Virus record (IMG/VR): IMGVR_UViG_3300044972_000763
Coordinates: 1-61,730 of that record
DNA: 61,730 nucleotides
Reading direction: 5' to 3' (one strand)
From: a virus
The translations under genes were made by a program, and so were the position numbers. Below, piece by piece: positions 16,469 to 23,047 of this stretch. The stretch's first letter is position 1; the number at the start of each line of letters is the position of its first letter. The notes beneath the pieces are model-generated. The model made no database searches. It was not told the origin of the DNA and saw only the letters and a program-made list of their open reading frames with translations.

Positions 16469-16684
16469 TCAAGCCTCCTCCCTGTTAGCTGCCCGGAGAA
16501 CATAGGCATAGAAGTAGCGCGCCCGTGACCCGTTGGCGTTTTTGGGCTTCCGGTATTTCATTTCAGATGCTTCCCCCAAAAGGGCGTAAACATCGCTATT
16601 CGATAACATGAAGAAGTCAGGCTTGTGCCCAAGGCGGCACCGGGTAAGGATACCTTGGGCGGTTTCGCGTGTCATGCGGGGCAT
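16469..16684 (-). CDS. hypothetical protein (71 aa)
   Basis: Track ORF. Confidence 0.55.
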   Translation of the reverse strand: MPRMTRETAQGILTRCRLGHKPDFFMLSNSDVYALLGEASEMKYRKPKNANGSRARYFYAYVLRAANREEA

Positions 16685-16699
16685 GGTCTGGGGTTCCTT

Positions 16700-17248
16700 T
16701 CAATAATCTTCACAGGCGGTATGAAGGGCGCTCAGGCCATCATCGCCAAGCGCCGCGCGCAATTTCAGGGCGGTTTCGATGCACTCCCTATAAATCTTTT
16801 CAGCCTTGCGGCTGTCGGCGTCATAGCCCATTTCTGCGGCCCAATCCTCAAAGCCTGAGTAATTCAAAACCCCAGCCTCACTCGCCAGAGAATAGAGAAC
16901 GTTGCAGGCTTCCGGCATTAGCGGGCTTTTCTTGTCGGCGCGAATCCCGCCCCATTCTGCGATTGCCGCAAAACCATTTTCGATCTCAAAAGCGCCCGCC
17001 GCTTCCTTCCACATTCTCAGGTTGCCGGAATATGGCGCGGGCGCCTTGGTGGCTTTATAGGATGGGGCATGGCCAATGCCCGCGCTGTAATCTGTGGTTA
17101 TGACCTCGCGGCCCTTGACCTTTAGAGTCACGCGCCAGTTAAGGGACTCCCAGCCGCCTTTGTTGCGCGATTGTGAGAACGGAATACAAACCGATTCGAC
17201 GGTAATGCTGTGGGAATCCATGAAGGATTCAATTTCCTGTTTAGCCAT
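16700..17248 (-). CDS. hypothetical protein (182 aa)
   Basis: ATG 17248 (MAKQEIESF...) follows AAAGGAGAC inside track ORF 16700..17275. Confidence 0.6.
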   Translation of the reverse strand: MAKQEIESFMDSHSITVESVCIPFSQSRNKGGWESLNWRVTLKVKGREVITTDYSAGIGHAPSYKATKAPAPYSGNLRMWKEAAGAFEIENGFAAIAEWGGIRADKKSPLMPEACNVLYSLASEAGVLNYSGFEDWAAEMGYDADSRKAEKIYRECIETALKLRAALGDDGLSALHTACEDY

Positions 17249-17501
17249 TGGTCTAGTCTCCTTTGGTTTCCGCACTTGTGCGGGGTCTGGTTTGTTTCAT
17301 ATCATAAGCCTAAAACGCTTTGCAAGATGTTTTTAACATCTTTTGCAAGTTTTTTCGGGCTTGCATTTTGAGAAGTTTTGGGGCAATATACGCCTTGTCA
17401 GACTCAGATGGTTGCTGACATGTAGTCTCCTTTTGTGCGTCTAGGGGCGGGGGTCTGGTCAACCTCCGCCCCGATTGCGTTCTAGGCCGCACCTGTGCGG
17501 A

Positions 17502-17669
17502 TTATTCCAAACCCCGGAGAATATCGGAGAGGCTAACGGGTTCCTCACGGGGATATTCTGCCGGGCGGGTTCTGGCTACGGACCGCGCCAAGGCTTCGGC
17601 GGGATCGTCCAGCCTCACCAGGACGGGCGGCAGGGTGCCGGGGTGGGGGATAGGGCGGGGCTGTGGCAT
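17502..17669 (-). CDS. possible Pro-rich small protein (55 aa)
   Basis: MPQPRPIPHPGTLPPVLVRLDDPAEALARSVARTRPAEYPREEPVSLSDILRGLE. Starts 4 nt after the upstream stop. Below the track cut-off. Confidence 0.35.
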   Translation of the reverse strand: MPQPRPIPHPGTLPPVLVRLDDPAEALARSVARTRPAEYPREEPVSLSDILRGLE

Positions 17670-17673
17670 GGGT

Positions 17674-17796
17674 CTAGCCTTTCGATTCGGTCAAGATGCG
17701 CTTCACCTCAGCGCAGGCTTCGGCGTGTGTGGGTTCGCGGCCCAGCTTATCGGCTAGGGCTTGCCATATTGTGGGGGGTCTAGGCTTGGTGGTCAT
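17674..17796 (-). CDS. possible small protein (40 aa)
   Basis: MTTKPRPPTIWQALADKLGREPTHAEACAEVKRILTESKG. AAAGGAAA precedes the ATG inside track ORF 17674..17865. Confidence 0.35.
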   Translation of the reverse strand: MTTKPRPPTIWQALADKLGREPTHAEACAEVKRILTESKG

Positions 17797-17877
17797 GGGT
17801 CTATTTCCTTTTGCGCTTTCGCTTTCGGGCCTGCCCAGAATGAACAGGCCGGAAGGCGGGGACAAGCCCCGCGCGGG

Positions 17878-18054
17878 TTAAATGCCAGCCCAAAACTTAG
17901 CATCCTCTGCCAGCCTTTCGGGCTTGTCGCCTGTTCGCCAGCACTCCGCGAGATTCCAATGGGCGGGGATCGCTTTGACGCCTAATTTCTGGCAGGCCAG
18001 AATGAAGGCTTGGCGCCATTCTTCGAAGGTTGTGGTAGGAAATAGGCTGTCCAT
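17878..18054 (-). CDS. small protein (58 aa)
   Basis: MDSLFPTTTFEEWRQAFILACQKLGVKAIPAHWNLAECWRTGDKPERLAEDAKFWAGI. AAGGAAA lies 7 nt before the ATG. Below the track cut-off. Confidence 0.45.
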   Translation of the reverse strand: MDSLFPTTTFEEWRQAFILACQKLGVKAIPAHWNLAECWRTGDKPERLAEDAKFWAGI

Positions 18055-18101
18055 CTTTGATTTCCTTTTTTTGGTTAGGGGGACGTTACCGCGAAAGCGG
18101 G

Positions 18102-18686
18102 CTAGGCTTGCCTTGCGTTTCTTCCTGCTGTGGTTATTGCACCGGCTTTATTCAGGAAACCGCGTTTAATAAGCGAATCCTTGGCGCCATTCCATTGTTC
18201 CCGGCTTAGGGGTTCCCGTTTGCAATATCCGGCGCGGATATCATCTAGCGCCATTTGGTAACGGTCTCTCCCCATGTAGCTGCTTTTCCGTGTCGCGGTA
18301 TATTCCAGCACAAGGGATTCATCGGGGCTTAATTCAACGGGGGCGGGAAGCATTGGCGCCGCGTCTTGAGGGGATAGGTAAAACGTCAAGCCCATATCTT
18401 TCCCGCAAAAATAGGAATGACGAACCACGGCGAAGCCGGATTGAATGGCAATCTGGCGCTCTTTCCGGTCAGGATTCCAAGGGGAAGAACCCTGCCCTGG
18501 CATGGCAACCACGACTCCATCGGAGATTCGCACAACTCCATAATGTTCCCGGCTTCCCCCGGACCATAACCCGGCATCGGCTGGGATTGTCACGGCCTCG
18601 GCTATAATTGCCTTAAACTTGTTTCCGGCATAGCCTCCCCGAAGTGAAGGGGGAACAAGGCGCGGTTCTAGGTGTATTGTTTGCAT
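18102..18686 (-). CDS. hypothetical protein (194 aa)
   Basis: Track ORF. RBS GAGGAGA upstream. Confidence 0.6.
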   Translation of the reverse strand: MQTIHLEPRLVPPSLRGGYAGNKFKAIIAEAVTIPADAGLWSGGSREHYGVVRISDGVVVAMPGQGSSPWNPDRKERQIAIQSGFAVVRHSYFCGKDMGLTFYLSPQDAAPMLPAPVELSPDESLVLEYTATRKSSYMGRDRYQMALDDIRAGYCKREPLSREQWNGAKDSLIKRGFLNKAGAITTAGRNARQA

Positions 18687-18724
18687 GGGTATGATTCTCC
18701 TCTTGAGGCGTGATTACCTCACAA

Positions 18725-18746
18725 GATAGCCGGAAAACCGGCTATC
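18725..18746 (-). other. perfect 9-bp hairpin (GATAGCCGG-AAAA-CCGGCTATC) between two leftward genes
   Basis: Read directly. No clear U-tract follows, so its role is unclear (terminator or processing site). Confidence 0.4.
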
Positions 18747-18760
18747 GCGTGAAGTAACCA

Positions 18761-18901
18761 TCAAAACTCTTCCTTCAGTAGCTTTTTAACAAGCTCGTCG
18801 TCCCTTGCCTTCAGCGCCGCGCGAATCTTCTCGTTCTCCAGGGCATAGAGCGGGAAGATTGAAAGGCTGGTGCAAAGTTCGTAAAACCCAATGCGCGTCA
18901 T
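18761..18901 (-). CDS. possible first leftward small protein (46 aa)
   Basis: MTRIGFYELCTSLSIFPLYALENEKIRAALKARDDELVKKLLKEEF. GGAG lies 9 nt upstream. Below the track cut-off. Confidence 0.35.
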   Translation of the reverse strand: MTRIGFYELCTSLSIFPLYALENEKIRAALKARDDELVKKLLKEEF

Positions 18902-19075
18902 GGTCATAATCTCCTGGGCTTGATTGCCTGCGATATGAATTAAACAAGGCTTTTCACATTGTCAATAGGTTTTTTTGGCTTTTTTTCGTTATTGTTTAAA
19001 GGCCAGGTTTTGCAATAGGTTAGGCGTACGCGGTGGGTAATCGGACGCTACCGCGCAAGCGGGATAGATGGCGCC

Positions 19076-19633
19076 ATGGGTAAGCTAATAGGGAGCAAAG
19101 GTAAGGGGAACAAGCCAAAGGCTAGGCTACCAGTCTATATACCAGACACTACTCTAGGCGCCTCTAATGTTCTAGCTTTACCGCAAGCCGATATGGGCAA
19201 GCTTACAATGAAGCAAGAAGCCTTCGCTCAGGCTATTGCATCCGGTCTCTATCCTAATCAAGCGGCGGCGTATCGCGTGGCATATGACGCCGAGCAAATG
19301 GCAGCCAGCACGATCTACCAAGAAGCCTCCAGGCTAATGGCTAACCCGCTCATAGCCGCAAGAATAGATGAGATAAAAGCACTAAAAGAGGCAGGGGAGA
19401 GGCTTGATCATGCCAAAATCCGCGCTCATGTCATCGCCAGACTGCATATTGAATCCCTAGACCCTGATTCTAGCCCTGCATCCCGAATAAGGGCTTTGGA
19501 ATTGCTGGGCAAGCTGGGGGGCGTGGCCGCATTTGAGAAACAAGCGGAAGACACTAGCCTTCCACAGGATGCGGATAGCGTATCTAAAGCCCTGAAAGCT
19601 AAACTAGAATCCCTAATGAAATCAAGCGCTTAA
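19076..19633 (+). CDS. terS: terminase small subunit (Terminase_2-like pattern)
   Basis: LTMKQEAFAQAIASGLYPNQAAAYRVAYDAEQMAASTIYQEASRLMANPLIAARI matches the remembered terS helix-turn-helix signature. Lies upstream of terL on the same strand. Confidence 0.6.
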   Translation: MGKLIGSKGKGNKPKARLPVYIPDTTLGASNVLALPQADMGKLTMKQEAFAQAIASGLYPNQAAAYRVAYDAEQMAASTIYQEASRLMANPLIAARIDEIKALKEAGERLDHAKIRAHVIARLHIESLDPDSSPASRIRALELLGKLGGVAAFEKQAEDTSLPQDADSVSKALKAKLESLMKSSA

Positions 19634-19922
19634 CTAGAATCCGGTTAATTTTTACATAATCCACCTTACGCGGTAACTTATGGAAAGACTATTGCAATCA
19701 ATAGGTTAGCACTAGCCTAGTGCTAGGCGATAGGTAAGCACTACTTACTAAAGGCTAGATGTTCCTGGTTTGTTCTAGCCTGTTAGATGTAGGTTACTGT
19801 ACTGGTAGCAGATAGAATCCAATCAGCCAGGGGTAGACGGGGTTTGAATCGGCAATGGCTGGACCCCACCCACGGGGGGAAGGGGGTAATCAGCGAGCGC
19901 AGGCGTGTGGGTTTACATAGTA

Positions 19923-19990
19923 TTCCACACTAATCTTTTCGTATTTCCACACCAATCTTTTCATTATTCCACACTTTCCAATCTTTCCAA
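19923..19990. repeat. three direct TTCCACAC(Y)(N)AATCTTT repeats phased at 22 bp
   Basis: Copies start at 19923, 19945 and 19967. Read directly. Confidence 0.85.
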
Positions 19991-20097
19991 CCGCTTACCT
20001 CCCCACATTTCATTGGCGCTTTCAAAATTCACTTCACAAAAATCAATTTATAGTTTGTTATGTCCGGTTAAATGTCCGGTTAGATGTAGGGCATATA

Positions 20098-20106
20098 TGT
20101 TATAGT
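20098..20106 (+). promoter_or_regulatory. possible extended -10 promoter (TGTTATAGT)
   Basis: A TGn + TATAGT motif read in the terS-terL gap. No good -35 element. Confidence 0.25.
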
Positions 20107-20282
20107 TTTTATGGTTCGCGCAATTTTCTTACTTTCGCTCGCTGACGAGATTATAATTTGTTGCGTGGGCCCCCACCCCCTTTGTAATTTTATTACTTTG
20201 TTTCATATTTTTGTATATGGAAACCACCCCCCTTACAATTTATGGTCCCCTTTGATAGCCGGTATTGCTATCAGGGGTAGTT

Positions 20283-20402
20283 ATGACGCCTAGTCGGTTT
20301 CTTGATGTATTGGCTGCTATGTTGTTTATTGTGGTGGTCTTTGTGGCTGGCGCGTTTATAGGGTCATGGCTGATTGTTATGTTAATAGCGATATTGTTTT
20401 AG
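20283..20402 (+). CDS. possible 39-aa membrane peptide
   Basis: MTPSRFLDVLAAMLFIVVVFVAGAFIGSWLIVMLIAILF. AGGGG lies 5 nt upstream. Below the track cut-off. Confidence 0.3.
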   Translation: MTPSRFLDVLAAMLFIVVVFVAGAFIGSWLIVMLIAILF

Positions 20403-20476
20403 GGGTTGTAATGTTGGTTGTGCTTCTATAGGTTGTGTTTATGTCTCTCTAGACATGTGTCTCCTTTTAAAACTTG

Positions 20477-20507
20477 CCCGGTGGCTTTAGGGCTGCCGGG
20501 TTTTTTT
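20477..20507 (+). terminator. rho-independent terminator 9 nt upstream of the terL start
   Basis: A 9-bp stem (CCCGGTGGC / GCTGCCGGG, two G-U pairs) with a 6-nt loop, followed by TTTTTTT. Confidence 0.6.
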
Positions 20508-20515
20508 GGTGATTT

Positions 20516-22993
20516 ATGGACGCTGCTGCTATTGCTCAGATATTGCCAAAGTTATCTTCGATGCCGATTGCGGATCAGGTTGAGTTGTTGAAGCTGTTGG
20601 AGGGTTTGGAGGACGCTAAGGAGAAGGAGAAGGCAAAGAGTAAGTTCCTTCCTTTTGTGAAGCGTATGTGGCCTGGGTTTATTGAGGGGCCTCACCACAA
20701 GATCATGGCTGATACATTTGATCGGGTGATTAGTGGGGAGTGTAAGCGGGTTATTATTAATATGGCGCCCAGGCACCGTCTTAATATCAACACTCCAATT
20801 CCGACTGCCGAGGGCTGGAAGGCGGTAGATTCGGTTCAAGTAGGGGATTATGTTTTTGCGCCAGATGGAAGTCCAGTTCTTGTAACTGGAAAATCTGACC
20901 AATATGAAGAAGACCTTTATGAAGTAGAAACTTCTGATGGGCAGATTATTGAATGTGATGCTGAACACCTTTGGACGGTTAGGTTTGGTTCTGGGCGCCC
21001 GTATGAAACTCTCTCTACGGCAGAAATTCTTAAAAAACTAGAAACTGAATCCTGGCGCAAAACGGGCAATCTTCCCATGCTGCCCCCCCAAAGTGCCGCT
21101 CAATATCCCTATAGGCCACTTCCAATTGATCCGTATGTTTTGGGTGTTTGGCTGGGGGATGGAAGTTCTTGGGATGGGTCAATTGGATGCTCGTTTAAAG
21201 ATATGGCCCAAATGCGGTCCCAGATTGAGGCTTGCGGCTATCAAACAACGCACAACCCAAAATTCCAAAAGTTTAATATCCTTGGGTTGATGGGGCAGGT
21301 TAAGGCCGCTGGGCTGCTTCGCAATAAACAGATACCAGAAGAGTATCTTTGTTCTTCTATTGAGCAAAGGATGGCTTTGCTGCAAGGGCTAATTGACACT
21401 GATGGTAGCGTTGGTTCGGATGGGAAAGTTACCTTTCATCAAACGAATTTAGATTTAACAAATCAAGTTCTTTGTTTAATTCATTCACTTGGGATTAAAG
21501 CGCGCATTACTAAGCGGCAAACTTTTTATGGTGAAAAGGAAAGTGAGCCATCTTTTAGGGTTATGTTTAAGGCTGCTAATGCAGCCAGAATCCCCAGGAA
21601 AGCGGTGAACTGCCGCCCTCTTAACGGGAACTGGGGTAGGTCAATTGATATTCGTAAAACAGACCGGCGCGGCCAAGTGCGCTGTCTCGAAGTGGCAAAT
21701 GAAGATGGGTTGTTTATGGCTGGCCGTGGCTGGGTTGTGACTCACAACACTAAGTCAGAGTTTGCTTCATATTTATTGCCTGCATTTTTTATGGGCAGGT
21801 ATCCTGAGAAGAAGATTATTCAGGCTACCCATACGGCTGAGTTGGCGGTTGATTTTGGTCGTAAGGTTAGAAACTTAATTAAGGACGAAGGTTTTAGTGA
21901 AGTGTTCCCTGGGGTCGGGTTGCGGGCTGACTCGACTGCATCTGGCCGGTGGAACACTACATCGAATGGCTCCTATTTTGCCGTAGGTGTTGGCGGCGCT
22001 ATCGCTGGTAAGGGCGCCGATCTATTCATCATTGATGATCCCCATAGCGAGCAGGAGGCTATTCAGGCTGCTCATGACCCTAAAGTATTTGAGAAGGTGT
22101 ATGAGTGGTATTCCTCTGGCCCCAGGCAGAGGCTACAGCCTAATGCGGCCATTGTGGTAGTTATGACTCGCTGGGGTGTTGGCGACCTTACAGGGCGCCT
22201 CGTACAAGCCTCTATTGACCGTGGGGATGGGGACCAGTGGGAGGTGATTGAGTTACCTGCTATTCTCCCATCCGGTGAACCTATGTGGCCTGCGTTCTGG
22301 TCAAAACCCGCCCTAGAGGCTTTGAAGGCCGAACTGCCCGCTTCTAAGTGGAACGCTCAGTATCAACAGCAACCCACCTCAGAAGAAGGGGCTATTCTCA
22401 AACGAGAATGGTGGCGCCGTTGGGATAAGAAGCGTTTGCCTAATTGTGAATACATTATCATCGCATCGGATACCGCCTTTACCAAGAACAACCGGAGCGA
22501 CTATTCGGCCTTTACCGTTTGGGGGGTGTTCGAGAATGAGAATGAGGGCGGGTCTAACATTATCATGCTGGACGCCTGGAAGGATCGTTTGGAGTTCCCT
22601 GATCTGAAGGCTAAGGCCATTGAGATATATAAAGAATGGGAGCCCGATACCTTCCTTATTGAAGCCAAGGCGTCCGGGTTGCCTTTGATTCATGAATTAA
22701 GGAAGGCCGGGGTGATGGTTTCTGAGTTCACTCCGACTAGAGCATCCGGGGATAAGGTGATGCGCGCCAATTCTATCTCTGACATATTTGCATCGGGGGT
22801 TGTTTGGGCGCCTACTGGTAATTGGGCGAATGAAGTGATTGAAGAATGTGCGTCGTTTCCTGTTGGGGCGCATGATGACTATGTAGATACGGTCATTATG
22901 GCCCTTATGAGGTACAGGCAGGGTGGTTTATTGAGGCTTCCAAGTGATGATGAGGACGATTATAGTCCACCCGCTAGGGCCGAATACTATTAA
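20516..22993 (+). CDS. terL: terminase large subunit interrupted by an intein (exteins about 20516..20776 and 21749..22993, roughly 501 aa spliced)
   Basis: N-extein ...KRVIINMAPRH and C-extein TKSEFASYLLP rebuild a PRHxKS-type Walker A. DLFIIDDPH is a Walker B-like motif. The C-terminal nuclease-like region contains SDTAF ... GAHDDYVD. Confidence 0.85.
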   Translation: MDAAAIAQILPKLSSMPIADQVELLKLLEGLEDAKEKEKAKSKFLPFVKRMWPGFIEGPHHKIMADTFDRVISGECKRVIINMAPRHRLNINTPIPTAEGWKAVDSVQVGDYVFAPDGSPVLVTGKSDQYEEDLYEVETSDGQIIECDAEHLWTVRFGSGRPYETLSTAEILKKLETESWRKTGNLPMLPPQSAAQYPYRPLPIDPYVLGVWLGDGSSWDGSIGCSFKDMAQMRSQIEACGYQTTHNPKFQKFNILGLMGQVKAAGLLRNKQIPEEYLCSSIEQRMALLQGLIDTDGSVGSDGKVTFHQTNLDLTNQVLCLIHSLGIKARITKRQTFYGEKESEPSFRVMFKAANAARIPRKAVNCRPLNGNWGRSIDIRKTDRRGQVRCLEVANEDGLFMAGRGWVVTHNTKSEFASYLLPAFFMGRYPEKKIIQATHTAELAVDFGRKVRNLIKDEGFSEVFPGVGLRADSTASGRWNTTSNGSYFAVGVGGAIAGKGADLFIIDDPHSEQEAIQAAHDPKVFEKVYEWYSSGPRQRLQPNAAIVVVMTRWGVGDLTGRLVQASIDRGDGDQWEVIELPAILPSGEPMWPAFWSKPALEALKAELPASKWNAQYQQQPTSEEGAILKREWWRRWDKKRLPNCEYIIIASDTAFTKNNRSDYSAFTVWGVFENENEGGSNIIMLDAWKDRLEFPDLKAKAIEIYKEWEPDTFLIEAKASGLPLIHELRKAGVMVSEFTPTRASGDKVMRANSISDIFASGVVWAPTGNWANEVIEECASFPVGAHDDYVDTVIMALMRYRQGGLLRLPSDDEDDYSPPARAEYY
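20777..21748 (+). mobile_element. intein (~324 aa) with a double-motif LAGLIDADG homing endonuclease; class-3-like WCT signature
   Basis: Block A-like LNINTPIPTAEGW, block B DAEHLW, LAGLIDADG motifs LGVWLGDGSS and LLQGLIDTDGSV, blocks F/G VRCLEVANEDGLFMAGRGWVVTHN followed by +1 Thr. The N-terminal boundary is uncertain by 1-2 residues. Confidence 0.75.
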
Positions 22994-23047
22994 ATGGCTT
23001 GACAGAGATGTTTTACTTGGACCATACCCCGATTATGGAGAGTTTTA

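Noticed and set aside
17310-17492. 60-aa minus-strand ORF in the 17.25-17.5 kb non-coding stretch
   Set aside because: It has no RBS, spans palindromes and promoter-like sequence, and has a Lys/Gln/Arg-rich low-information composition.
19826-19870. Possible tRNA T-arm-like sequence (GGGGTTTGAATC...)
   Set aside because: I could not build an acceptor stem or anticodon arm around it by eye. A tRNAscan-SE run would settle it.
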